This document shows, piece by piece, positions 27,458 through 37,010 of a DNA stretch of 64,000 nt (its first letter is position 1; the number at the start of each line of letters is the position of its first letter). A program made the translations under genes and the position numbers. The notes beneath the pieces were generated by a model that saw only the letters and a program-made list of their open reading frames with translations, did no database searches and was not told the origin of the DNA. The stretch is from an uncultured bacterium (GTDB taxonomy: Bacteria; Patescibacteriota; Saccharimonadia; Saccharimonadales; Saccharimonadaceae), in assembly GCA_938017895.1 (NCBI GenBank), contig CALIJI010000010.1, positions 15,045 through 79,044 of the forward strand. The letters run 5' to 3'.

Positions 27458-29233
27458 TTACCAACCCCCGCCGCCGCCACCTCCGCCGCCGCCGCCAGAG
27501 AATCCTCCACCACCGCCATCACTAGAGCTGGAGGTATCGGTATAGCTATTTACAGAAGTAGAAATCGAGCTGATAGACTGAGCGAATACTGCCGCATTAA
27601 ACGCCGTAGTCCCATCATACCAGCTTGGTGCCGCATTACCATATTCAATCGACAAAACATGCAACCAAGATTTTTCAATACCAAATAAAATAGCATAAGG
27701 CAAAAGTCTTTCATAAAGTTTCACTCGAGACTCACTTATTTCTTCTAAACGCTCAGCCCCCTTCACACTCTGAAGGAACTTTATGCGATCAGCTTCTGCG
27801 AGTTTCATATAAAGTTTAAGACCATCAAGATAGTCTTTATATTTAGCGCCAGACATATTCAACGGATGCAAGCTAAGCAAAATCATCGAATAAACAGTAT
27901 TCACAATACTTAAAATAGCTAAAATCGCTAAACTACCAATATATCTGTCCATCATCCCTTCAAAGGCTCCAGTGGTATACAAGACTCCTAATAGAACCAA
28001 CATGGACAATAGCAAAATAATACCTACATCCGTTCGCGATATCGATGAATAAAATCTATCATCTTTCATAACTTTTTCGGCATAATAAGAAAAATCATTG
28101 AAGAAATCCGTACGCAACGAGCTTATCTTAATCTCAGTCTTATTACCTTTAAATATCTTATTGAAAGTAATGGATTCATTATCGGTCAGGCCGTTATTAT
28201 TAATCTTTTGCAATATATATTCTTTGCCTCTAGAAAAAACACCCTTATTATCTCGCTCAATAATTTTAATATTACCATTGGTCGCCATTTTAATAATCAT
28301 TGCTGCAATAACTTTAGAATTAGCTTTAGTCAAAACTGCACTTTCAAATAATGAAATATCATTTGGCGGTAAATATTGCGGAACGATAGGGTCACCAGTT
28401 TTTACAGAGCGAAATCTAGTTAGTGAAAGATGAATCAGATAAACAGTTGTAGCAACCTCTATAGCCGAAACAATCCATAACAAAAAACCAATACACTTCA
28501 CCCAAAAAGGCTCTTGATAACCAACAAAGGTATCGGGTTTCAACGCAATCGAAAAAGTTACATTTTGCCCCGCGGAAAGACTAGAAGCGCCAAATGTTAA
28601 AGTTATTGATCCATCAGATTCTTCAGATTTTTCGGCAGTAGGACATTTTTCTTTACTCCCTTCTTCACCAAAATAACAAGACAGCCCAGTATACTCAGAA
28701 GATAGCTCCTTAGGTATATGGACTCGTGCGATTAAATTGCGAAAATTCTGTCTCCACTGAGTTCCATTAGTATTCCAAATAAAAAACTGTTCTTTTGCGT
28801 TTGAATTTTCGGTTTTTAAATCATCGCGAATTACATCACGGTATGAATATTCTAGCCGATATTTCTGTTCACCACGAACATACTCATCTGCCTTGCCAAT
28901 TCTAAAAACTATATTACCGCTCTCATCACTAGACGAAACACCCTCTTGATCTCCATTCCGAAGAACTTTCAGGACGCCCAGAAAGGAATCGTGACCCTGA
29001 TATTTTTTTAGCAAAGCGCGCTCAATACCGTGGTTTTGGTCAAAATCTGGAAATTCAACCGTAATTTCTTCTACGACTTTAAGTATTGATCTATTCTCCG
29101 AATCTTTACTTAGATAATAATCTGCTTCAAATTTTTTAACCACAAAATCATTTACATCAGCAAAAGCCTCTTGATGCAAAATTCCGCCAAAAGACAAAAA
29201 TGTAACCGCTAAAATAAAAATAAGCTTTTTCAT
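27458..29233 (-). CDS. DUF2207-family membrane protein with a C-terminal poly-Gly tail
   Basis: Signal peptide, a large extracellular domain, TM helices, a cytoplasmic region and a terminal ..SSDGGGGGFSGGGGGGGGGGGW. Confidence 0.6.
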   Translation of the reverse strand: MKKLIFILAVTFLSFGGILHQEAFADVNDFVVKKFEADYYLSKDSENRSILKVVEEITVEFPDFDQNHGIERALLKKYQGHDSFLGVLKVLRNGDQEGVSSSDESGNIVFRIGKADEYVRGEQKYRLEYSYRDVIRDDLKTENSNAKEQFFIWNTNGTQWRQNFRNLIARVHIPKELSSEYTGLSCYFGEEGSKEKCPTAEKSEESDGSITLTFGASSLSAGQNVTFSIALKPDTFVGYQEPFWVKCIGFLLWIVSAIEVATTVYLIHLSLTRFRSVKTGDPIVPQYLPPNDISLFESAVLTKANSKVIAAMIIKMATNGNIKIIERDNKGVFSRGKEYILQKINNNGLTDNESITFNKIFKGNKTEIKISSLRTDFFNDFSYYAEKVMKDDRFYSSISRTDVGIILLLSMLVLLGVLYTTGAFEGMMDRYIGSLAILAILSIVNTVYSMILLSLHPLNMSGAKYKDYLDGLKLYMKLAEADRIKFLQSVKGAERLEEISESRVKLYERLLPYAILFGIEKSWLHVLSIEYGNAAPSWYDGTTAFNAAVFAQSISSISTSVNSYTDTSSSSDGGGGGFSGGGGGGGGGGGW

Positions 29234-29250
29234 GTTATGATTTTAACATT

Positions 29251-29291
29251 TTTTAAAATAAAAAACTAGCTTACAATAACGTAAGCTAGTT
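29251..29291 (-). terminator. Intrinsic terminator after ldhA
   Basis: Perfect 11-bp stem AACTAGCTTAC/GTAAGCTAGTT followed by a U-run on the minus strand. Confidence 0.65.
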
Positions 29292-29303
29292 ATGCAGTGT
29301 AAC

Positions 29304-30293
29304 CTACTTAGTTAATTCGTTATCACTAACACCAGCATTCTTAAACGAAATCAGGTTTTCGGTCGACATCTTAACCATATTTTTAACAGCGGTGTCAGTA
29401 TTGAATGCGATATGTGGCGTCATTATTACATTTGGTAAACTTGATAGATCCCGAAAAATAGGATCCTGAATCACTTCTCCGCTCAAATCTTTTTTGAGTA
29501 GTTTTCGTTCAAATTCGTAAACATCAAGTCCTGCCGCTGAAACTTTGCCTGAAACCAACGCATCTCGTAATGCTTCCGCATCAATATGCGCTCCACGAGC
29601 TGTATTGATAATCACCACACCATCCTTCATTTTAGCAATAGAATCAGCATTAATAATATGATAGTTATCATCCGTTAGCGGAATATGAAGCGAAATAATA
29701 TCAGCTTCCGCAAAAACCTGATCCATAGATTTATAATCTATAATGTTTTCAGCAGCAGGGTTTTGAACGATATCATAACCAATTACTTTTGCGCCAAAAG
29801 CATTGAAAACTTTAGCTGTCGTCAAACCGATATGACCAGTGCCAATAATTCCAATTGTCATAGAATTTAACTCGCGACCCATTAGATTCTCGACTGAAAA
29901 ATCCTGAACAGCTGCTCGATTTAGAGCTAATGGTAGTCGCCGCACTGTAGCAAGTGCTAAAGCCACAGCAAACTCAGCAATTGCGCTAGGCGAATATTGC
30001 GGAACGTTAGCGATCTTAATTCCGTGAGACTTAGCTTTTTCAAGATCAATTCCATCAAATCCTGCCGTTCGAACACTGAAAAAATTAATACCCATTTTTT
30101 TAAGCTCAGCCCAAACATCATTTAAAGCTTCGCTAGAAGTATAATCCGAAACCGCATCATAACCTTGTGCTAAATGGACGGTTTCAGGAGTTAGTTCTTT
30201 TGTAGTTGTAGCATACTCAATACTAAACTCATCAGCATATTTCTCAAAATATGGAAGTTCATCTTTTCTCACACCAAAAGCTATAATCTTCAT
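29304..30293 (-). CDS. ldhA: D-isomer-specific 2-hydroxyacid dehydrogenase (D-lactate dehydrogenase-like)
   Basis: NAD-binding GxGxxG (IGIIGTGHIG) and catalytic R/E/H positions. Confidence 0.8.
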   Translation of the reverse strand: MKIIAFGVRKDELPYFEKYADEFSIEYATTTKELTPETVHLAQGYDAVSDYTSSEALNDVWAELKKMGINFFSVRTAGFDGIDLEKAKSHGIKIANVPQYSPSAIAEFAVALALATVRRLPLALNRAAVQDFSVENLMGRELNSMTIGIIGTGHIGLTTAKVFNAFGAKVIGYDIVQNPAAENIIDYKSMDQVFAEADIISLHIPLTDDNYHIINADSIAKMKDGVVIINTARGAHIDAEALRDALVSGKVSAAGLDVYEFERKLLKKDLSGEVIQDPIFRDLSSLPNVIMTPHIAFNTDTAVKNMVKMSTENLISFKNAGVSDNELTK

Positions 30294-30340
30294 AGAAGTA
30301 TTTTACACTTTTATAACGAAAAAATCAAGCTTATGTTTTT

Positions 30341-31855
30341 TTATTTCAAGTTAAGTTCAGGATAAATTTCTTTGGTTATTTCGGAAATTTCATGCTTCAA
30401 TTGTGGAAATGGCACACCTTCGCGCGCGGTAACTCCTTCAAAAATCCAGAAAACACGCTCACTGTAGCCCCATCCACAAGCTGGTGGCATACCATATTCA
30501 AGCATCTCAACATAGTCTATATCTAACATCATCGCCTCGTTATCGCCATCGTCACGCATTTGCTGCTGCTCAACAAAACGATTCAACTGATCAATTGGGT
30601 CATTAAGCTCCGAGAAGCCATTTCCAAGCTCCGAGCCAGCAATTACAGGTTGAAATCGCTCTACAACTTGCGGGTTATTTGGATTGCTCTTTGATAGTGG
30701 CGAGATAAACTTAGGTGTATTCACTAACCAAACTGGACCCGCAACATCTTTGCGGATATTTTTCCAAAGTTTATCAATGCCTCGTGGAATCGAATCTGTC
30801 TTTTCAACCTCAAGATTATTCTCCTTCAGTTTTGCAGACACTTCTTCAATCGTCGTATCGAAAACATCAATACCATAGTGCTTTTTAATCACTTCAGCAT
30901 AGTCCCACACTTCCCATTTTCCACTCATATCAACATCAAAACGATCGAGCTTAAATTTCAAAGTGCCAAAAGTCTCTTGAAGAACATATTTATACATTTC
31001 CTCCATGAACGCCATTCCTTCGCGCCAGTCCCAATAAGCCGCATACCACTCCATCGCAATATGTTCCGGCAAATGCTCATCGGAGTAATTTTCATTACGA
31101 AAACGTGGACCAAGATCATAAACCTTTTCAAAGCCCGCTCCAAGCAAACGTTTCAAAGGTAGTTCATGACTAATTCGGAGATAAAACTGTGCATCATCAA
31201 GCGCATCCATATGTGTTACAAATGGATTTGCATCAGCTCCGCCTGTAGTGTGTTCAAGAACCGGAATATTGATCTCAAAAAATCCATGCGAGTTCAAAAA
31301 ATCACGAGTCGCTTGCCAAAATTTAGAGCGACGAACAAATCGGTCACGAACCTCTAGATTGACATTCATATCAACATAGCGACGACGGAAGCGCTCTTCT
31401 TTATTCGTGAAGCCATCTTGCTGCGACGGCATCGGGCGAAGAGATTTAGTAAGAAGTCGCAATTCTCGAGTCGCCACCGAAATTTCGCCAGTTTTACTTT
31501 TAATCACCTCTCCATTCGCCTGAATAAAATCACCCGCGTCGAGCAAATTAAGGTCTTTGATTCCGATAAAATTATCCTTTGCGCTAGTTTCCGCCAAATC
31601 TTTAGCAGTGATAAAAAGCTGAATTTTACCCGAAAAATCGCGCAAAACAATAAATGCTAGTTTTCCAAACTTTCGGATACCAGCAATTCGTCCAGCAACA
31701 GATACGGTTTTACCTTCCATTTCATCGAAATGATTTATAATTTCTGCGGCCATAACCGTACGATCGGTCTTAGCTGGATATGGGTCCAATCCGAGATTTT
31801 TGATTTCTTCTAGTTTTCGTAGGCGCTCATCGCGCAGTTCTTTCATAGTAGCCAT
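30341..31855 (-). CDS. lysS: Lysyl-tRNA synthetase, class II
   Basis: N-terminal OB anticodon-binding domain followed by class II motifs 1-3. Confidence 0.9.
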   Translation of the reverse strand: MATMKELRDERLRKLEEIKNLGLDPYPAKTDRTVMAAEIINHFDEMEGKTVSVAGRIAGIRKFGKLAFIVLRDFSGKIQLFITAKDLAETSAKDNFIGIKDLNLLDAGDFIQANGEVIKSKTGEISVATRELRLLTKSLRPMPSQQDGFTNKEERFRRRYVDMNVNLEVRDRFVRRSKFWQATRDFLNSHGFFEINIPVLEHTTGGADANPFVTHMDALDDAQFYLRISHELPLKRLLGAGFEKVYDLGPRFRNENYSDEHLPEHIAMEWYAAYWDWREGMAFMEEMYKYVLQETFGTLKFKLDRFDVDMSGKWEVWDYAEVIKKHYGIDVFDTTIEEVSAKLKENNLEVEKTDSIPRGIDKLWKNIRKDVAGPVWLVNTPKFISPLSKSNPNNPQVVERFQPVIAGSELGNGFSELNDPIDQLNRFVEQQQMRDDGDNEAMMLDIDYVEMLEYGMPPACGWGYSERVFWIFEGVTAREGVPFPQLKHEISEITKEIYPELNLK

Positions 31856-31974
31856 AATTAGGTATATTTTAGCATAAAATCCAGTTGTTTACCACACTAT
31901 TTGTAATTTGTAGAAAAATATGCTATTATATCAAAAATCCTACAGTCGAGAGACTTTAAACCAGAGGAGAACCT

Positions 31975-32148
31975 ATGAGAATAAATACCGGTGATGTAGT
32001 TCAAATAATAGGAGCTACAGATAAAAAAGGCTGTAGCTGCATAGCGGTAGGAGAAGTAGCGAAAATTATAGGCAAAAAGGTACTATTAGAAAAAATAGTA
32101 ACTTTTTCACCCAAAGGTTTTCGATTACCAGCAAACAGCTTAAAATAG
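31975..32148 (+). CDS. Small hypothetical protein (57 aa) with a KOW-like motif
   Basis: SD GAGGAG before the ATG and a GDVVQIIGATDKKG motif. Shorter than the 60-aa ORF-track cutoff. Confidence 0.3.
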   Translation: MRINTGDVVQIIGATDKKGCSCIAVGEVAKIIGKKVLLEKIVTFSPKGFRLPANSLK

Positions 32149-32271
32149 CCAAAATCAAATAACAGTAATGAATGCTCGAAGGATGAGCTCTCAAGAGTAT
32201 CTCCAACGGAACCTTTATATGAAATATACAAAAGATCTTCGCTATAAAGTCAATAAAAAAATGTTTTTCTA

Positions 32272-32300
32272 TTGACTAAATAAATGTATTATGCTATAAT
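32272..32300 (+). promoter_or_regulatory. Perfect consensus sigma70 promoter TTGACT-17-TATAAT
   Basis: -35 at 32272-32277, a 17-bp spacer and -10 TATAAT at 32295-32300. A 5-bp stem AGTCC/GGACT lies in the leader. Confidence 0.65.
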
Positions 32301-32344
32301 TTTCATATCAGTCCGACCTTGGACTTAAAAGGAGGTAGTTTTTT

Positions 32345-32539
32345 ATGGCTAATAAAGGAAAACCCTACAACGTAGAGCCCAAAACGCTAGGCGCTGACGG
32401 AAGAAACATCTTTACCGCCGTGGAAAATACAGGTGAAGATAATTGTAGACAGAAAGGAATACCTACAGAAATACCTATAGTGATACCTATAGTGATACCT
32501 ATAGGGATACCTCACCCAGATAGCGCTGCAGAAAGGTAA
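32345..32539 (+). CDS. Small 64-aa protein with an (I/V)PI repeat tail
   Basis: Strong SD AAAGGAGGT, a consensus promoter and a downstream terminator. Ends ..IPTEIPIVIPIVIPIGIPHP. Confidence 0.5.
   Translation: MANKGKPYNVEPKTLGADGRNIFTAVENTGEDNCRQKGIPTEIPIVIPIVIPIGIPHPDSAAER
32471..32512. repeat. 12-bp tandem repeat (ATACCTATAGTG x3.5) inside the small ORF
   Basis: Direct head-to-tail DNA repeat encoding IPIV units. Confidence 0.85.
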
Positions 32540-32554
32540 GATCCCTCAACTCGG

Positions 32555-32579
32555 CTCCGCAAATTCGCGGGGCTTTTTC
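32555..32579 (+). terminator. Intrinsic terminator for the small ORF
   Basis: GC-rich 6-bp stem CTCCGC/GCGGGG followed by a T-run. Confidence 0.5.
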
Positions 32580-32585
32580 AATTAT

Positions 32586-32613
32586 TAAAAAACTCCGCGC
32601 CACCGGAGTTTTT
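32586..32613. terminator. Bidirectional terminator (proS 3-prime end)
   Basis: Stem AACTCCG/CGGAGTT with an A-run upstream and a T-run downstream. Confidence 0.6.
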
Positions 32614-32624
32614 GAATTTTCTTT

Positions 32625-33866
32625 TTAAGCAAGCTCTTCTAAAAGCTCATCTCGATTCAATATTTTTAGCTCGCCACTTACGCGCTCAACTAGCTCAAAG
32701 CTATCACTCTCCATTAAACGATCAGAGACGGTCACCCGATAAGGAATGCCCATCAGCTCAGCATCTGCAAATTTTTGACCTGGGCGCACTTCTCGATCAT
32801 CAAACAAAACTTCAATACCCTTCGCTTGTAATTCTTTATAAATTTCTTCTGCGAGTTGTTTTGATCGATCACCAATCTGAACGAGATAAACTTTAGCTGG
32901 TGCAACATTTTCCGGCCAAACAAGACCTTTATCATCAGAGAAATGTTCAGCAATCATACCCATCACTCGACTCGGGCCAATGCCATAACTACCCATAAAT
33001 ACAGGCTTTTCGACACCATATCGATCTATAAACTTTAACCCCAAAGCTTCAGAGAATTTATAACCAAGTGTAAAAATATTACCAACTTCTACCGCTTTCT
33101 CTTCTCGCAAATCTTCTCGTTTTAAGCCAAGCTCAGTCAAAACTTCATCCGTCAAGACTTCTTCATTAATAGCAATTTTCTTTTCATCCGAAATATAAAT
33201 CGTGTCTTCACCTACAGAACTAACTGTTTGAAACTCATGACTAAATTTCGAAAAACTTCCGCCACTCGCAAAAGTTTTATACGTAAAATCACCTAAACCA
33301 AGTCGCGCAAAAACTCGCGCATAAGCTTGCGAAATTTTATCGTAAAACTCATCGTGCTGTTCACGGTTTTCAGAAAAACTATATAAATCCTTCATCAAAA
33401 ATTCGCGCCCACGCATCAAGCCGCTTTTACTACGAAGCTCTGCCCTAAACTTAGTCTGAAACTGATACGGATAAACTGGTAAATCTTTGTAGCTATTGAT
33501 GAAATTTTTCATCATTTTTGTGATTGGCTCTTCATGAGTTGGCGCAAGCCCAAACTCTCGACCGTTCGAAAGTTTAGTTTTAAACCAAACATCCATCACC
33601 TCATCACTCCAACGACCGCTAGCCTGCCAAGTCTCAGGATTCTGAAGTGCCGTCAGGCTAATTTCATTACCGCCTACCGCATTCATTTCTTCGCGGATAA
33701 TTTGAATAATCTTATCCAACACAATTTTTCCAAGTGGCAAAAAATCGTAAACACCCGCCATTTCTTTATGAATAAACCCAGCCCGAATCAAAAGTTGTGC
33801 ATTTTTTGAAACTTCGTCCGATGGACTAGTTTTTGAAGTTTTAGTAAATAAATTAGTTACTCTCAT
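32625..33866 (-). CDS. proS: Prolyl-tRNA synthetase (short form lacking the INS editing domain)
   Basis: Class II motifs plus a C-terminal anticodon-binding domain. At 413 aa there is no insertion domain. Confidence 0.9.
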   Translation of the reverse strand: MRVTNLFTKTSKTSPSDEVSKNAQLLIRAGFIHKEMAGVYDFLPLGKIVLDKIIQIIREEMNAVGGNEISLTALQNPETWQASGRWSDEVMDVWFKTKLSNGREFGLAPTHEEPITKMMKNFINSYKDLPVYPYQFQTKFRAELRSKSGLMRGREFLMKDLYSFSENREQHDEFYDKISQAYARVFARLGLGDFTYKTFASGGSFSKFSHEFQTVSSVGEDTIYISDEKKIAINEEVLTDEVLTELGLKREDLREEKAVEVGNIFTLGYKFSEALGLKFIDRYGVEKPVFMGSYGIGPSRVMGMIAEHFSDDKGLVWPENVAPAKVYLVQIGDRSKQLAEEIYKELQAKGIEVLFDDREVRPGQKFADAELMGIPYRVTVSDRLMESDSFELVERVSGELKILNRDELLEELA

Positions 33867-33919
33867 TTCATTCCTTTACATCATAAAAGCTCAGCATTTG
33901 ATCAGCTGAGCTTTTATAT

Positions 33920-34387
33920 TTATTTAATTTCTGTAATTTCGTATTGAATTGCGGCTTTTGGAGTCGTAATTTCAACAATTTCACCGAGCTTTTTACCCAT
34001 AAGTTGCTGACCAATTGGTGATTCATTACTAATTTTACCCTCAAGGGGGTTTGCTTCAACTTTACCAACAACTGTATAGTGAACAATTTTATTGTCCGAA
34101 AGGTTCTTCAGGCTAACTTGACTACCAAGAGAGACCTCTCCTTTAGCTCCGCTACCAATTATTTCTGCATTCTGTAGAATATTCTCAATTTCTAAAATTC
34201 GACTCTCTGCCAAGCCTTGCTTTTTACGGGCTGCATCATATTCGGAATTTTCACGCAAATCACCAAAATCTCGCGCTGTAGCAACTTCTTCGGCGATTGC
34301 TTTTCGCTCTGAAATAAGCTGTTTTAGTTCAGCTTCAAGCTCCTGTTTCCCAATTTTTGTGATATTAAAAACTTGTTTCATATTCAT
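33920..34387 (-). CDS. greA: Transcription elongation factor GreA
   Basis: N-terminal coiled coil with acidic tip residues (DLRENSEYD) and a C-terminal FKBP-like domain. Confidence 0.85.
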   Translation of the reverse strand: MNMKQVFNITKIGKQELEAELKQLISERKAIAEEVATARDFGDLRENSEYDAARKKQGLAESRILEIENILQNAEIIGSGAKGEVSLGSQVSLKNLSDNKIVHYTVVGKVEANPLEGKISNESPIGQQLMGKKLGEIVEITTPKAAIQYEITEIK

Positions 34388-34420
34388 AAAATTATAGCAA
34401 ATAGCAATATTGAAGTCAAG

Positions 34421-35167
34421 CTACATAAGCGTTAAAGTAGGCAAAACAAACAGAACGACAAAAGCTAATGCATTCTTTAAGAAATGAAGAATTATGCCAG
34501 CCCAAATCGTATCAGTTATCTTCTCACGAATAGAACAAGCCACAAAGCTCATCACAAAAGTAGTAACCCCAAGACTAAGCTCTAAATGAGCAATACCAAA
34601 AGTTAAACTTACTATAAACATCGCTAACCAAGGATTTATTTTTCGAAGCTCACCATAAGCAATTCCCCGAAAGATAAATTCCTCCACGATCGCCGGAATA
34701 ATTGTAAGACTCAAGAACGCTAGAATATATTGAAAAGGCCCGTGTATCCCCGAAAAACCAATTTTTTGCTCCCCAGGATGAATATTAGTTAGGCTAAGTA
34801 AAACACCAGCTATAAGAAGTGTGATAAGTAGCCCCAAAACACCAAGTGCAACATCAGACCAAGTCAGATCTTTCTGCACTCCTAAATCATCTGGTGTGAA
34901 CTTTTTAGACAAAAGCTTTTGAGGTATAAAATAAGCAATTATTGACGTTACCAAAAAACTTACCACAATATAAAATCCAGTAGTCGTATTATTCTGCATA
35001 ATCTGCGCCACTAGTTCATTATTACCACCCACTGACAAAAATACTACAGCTCTTATAATGACAGCAACAATAGCCTGTGAGCCAAAAAATGCCACTAAAG
35101 GAAAAATTAGCCAAAAAATAACCTTTCCCCAATCTTTAGAATAGACATCCGAAAAAAATTTTTGCAC
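34421..35167 (-). CDS. CPBP-family intramembrane metalloprotease (CAAX protease-like)
   Basis: EEFIFRG motif plus a conserved H in a polytopic membrane protein. Confidence 0.7.
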   Translation of the reverse strand: MQKFFSDVYSKDWGKVIFWLIFPLVAFFGSQAIVAVIIRAVVFLSVGGNNELVAQIMQNNTTTGFYIVVSFLVTSIIAYFIPQKLLSKKFTPDDLGVQKDLTWSDVALGVLGLLITLLIAGVLLSLTNIHPGEQKIGFSGIHGPFQYILAFLSLTIIPAIVEEFIFRGIAYGELRKINPWLAMFIVSLTFGIAHLELSLGVTTFVMSFVACSIREKITDTIWAGIILHFLKNALAFVVLFVLPTLTLM

Positions 35168-36336
35168 TAGAAAAACCTTCCAATATCAAGAATAATAACT
35201 AAAACCGTCAAAATTAACATAGCATAGACCCCATATGTCAATATTTGCTCTTCCCGTTCTTTAGTGAGAGGTTTTCGAAGAATTTTACGATAAATAAATG
35301 TCAAAAGCCAACGACCACCATCTAGCACAGGAATCGGCAGTACGTTCATACATGCAAGGCTAAGCGAAATTAAAGCAGAAAGTAATATAATCGTTTCAAC
35401 TCCAGCTTGCGTAGCTGTTGGAAAAAGAATACCTAAAATTGAAAGAGGGCCTGCAACAGATTTTCCAGCTTTTTCTAATTTTTCATTAGCAATTTGTTGA
35501 GTTTTAGGACTTGAACTAATTTTTTGCACAAAACCCGTTACGGTATTCGAAATTAGCTCGCCTAAACTGCGAAAAGTTTCCACCGAAAGCTGAGCTGTCA
35601 CGCCCAATCCAACAATTGGCGCACTCCATGTAGAATGAATTTTCTGCGAGTTAGAATCGCTCCCTAATCCAAGATAGCCTTTTTTGTCATCATTATTAGA
35701 GCGAACTTTTGCTGATTTGATAGATGATTTTCCATCACGAATAATTTCAATATCTATATTCTTTCCGGCATTATTTTTCGTAATATTGGAAATCTGCTCC
35801 GAATTTTCAATTTTTTGCCCATTAATTTTTAAAATTTGATCACCACGACGAATACCAGCTTTTGCTGCCGGTAGATTATCCACTACCTGAACCGCAATAA
35901 TCTCACCGCCAGTTATTCGAGCGTCGCTAGAAATATAAAATTGATTCGGAAGCATTTTAGGGAGACCAAATAAGGCCAAAAAAGCAAATAAAATTATAGC
36001 AACTAGCCAGTTCATTGCTACACCAGCAAAGAGAATTTGTGTCTTTCCCCAAAAACTAGCAGCACCGTAATCACCTTCTCCAGAATCAGAATCATTTTCA
36101 CCCTGTAACTTTACGTAACCGCCAAGTGGAATCCAATTGATCGCAACAGGAGTGCCTTTTGGTAAAATTCTATCTGTTTTAGTATTAAATTTAAAAATAT
36201 TAGGCGGAAATCCTAATCCATACTCTTTTAGTTTTACGCCATTTTTTTTAGCCGCCATCGCATGACCAAGCTCATGCAATCCGACTAAAATAGTTAAAAC
36301 AACTAAACCAATTATAATTCCGAAAATTAAGTCCAT
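35167..36336 (-). CDS. rseP: RIP zinc metalloprotease RseP (site-2 protease)
   Basis: HELGH motif in TM1, a PDZ domain and a C-terminal LDGG motif. Confidence 0.8.
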   Translation of the reverse strand: MDLIFGIIIGLVVLTILVGLHELGHAMAAKKNGVKLKEYGLGFPPNIFKFNTKTDRILPKGTPVAINWIPLGGYVKLQGENDSDSGEGDYGAASFWGKTQILFAGVAMNWLVAIILFAFLALFGLPKMLPNQFYISSDARITGGEIIAVQVVDNLPAAKAGIRRGDQILKINGQKIENSEQISNITKNNAGKNIDIEIIRDGKSSIKSAKVRSNNDDKKGYLGLGSDSNSQKIHSTWSAPIVGLGVTAQLSVETFRSLGELISNTVTGFVQKISSSPKTQQIANEKLEKAGKSVAGPLSILGILFPTATQAGVETIILLSALISLSLACMNVLPIPVLDGGRWLLTFIYRKILRKPLTKEREEQILTYGVYAMLILTVLVIILDIGRFF

Positions 36337-36405
36337 TCTTAAAGATACCCTCCTCTACTTTATAAAAATAAAATCAGCCCAAATAAAACTCTGGGCTGAT
36401 AAAAA

Positions 36406-36957
36406 TTAAATCGTTAGAATTTCTTTTTCTTTAGATTTAAATAATTCATCAATTTTTGCACCAAAATTCTTTATCTCGATATCAATATCTTTTTCAATCC
36501 CACGAAGATCATCCTCGGTAATAGATTTATCATCTTTCAACCTTTTGGCCACCTTGAGTGCGTCTTGACGAATATTGCGAAGTGCAATTTTAGCATCTTC
36601 CACTTTTTCGGACGTTTGTTTTACGATTTGTTTGCGCCGTTCTTCAGTCAAAGGTGGAACTGGAACGCGCACTACTCGACCATCATCACTCGGATTAAAA
36701 CCAAGACCCTGATCAGCGCGGATTGCAGAAGAGATAGCTGAAATATTATTAGTATCAAAAGGAGTAATCAAAATCATCGAGGCCTCTGGAGCCGTCATAT
36801 TAGAAATCTGATTGAGTGGCATTTTCGTACCGTAAACTTCAACCGTTACACCATCAAGCATTGAAGGATGCGCTCGTCCAGTTCGAACTTTCTTGAGCTC
36901 ACCTTTATAATGTTCAAGCGCGTGATTCATTTTTTCTTTGTAATCATTAATATCCAT
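36406..36957 (-). CDS. frr: Ribosome recycling factor
   Basis: 183-aa protein with conserved RRF motifs (R..HP..L..V). Confidence 0.9.
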   Translation of the reverse strand: MDINDYKEKMNHALEHYKGELKKVRTGRAHPSMLDGVTVEVYGTKMPLNQISNMTAPEASMILITPFDTNNISAISSAIRADQGLGFNPSDDGRVVRVPVPPLTEERRKQIVKQTSEKVEDAKIALRNIRQDALKVAKRLKDDKSITEDDLRGIEKDIDIEIKNFGAKIDELFKSKEKEILTI

Positions 36958-37010
36958 ATTATCCTCTCTTTTCTTTATTATATCACAAGCTTAAACTTAC
37001 AAAAAGCGAT

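Noticed and set aside
32001-32231. 76-aa minus-strand ORF
   Set aside because: It is antisense to the better-supported 57-aa ORF that has an SD, and it has no start signals.
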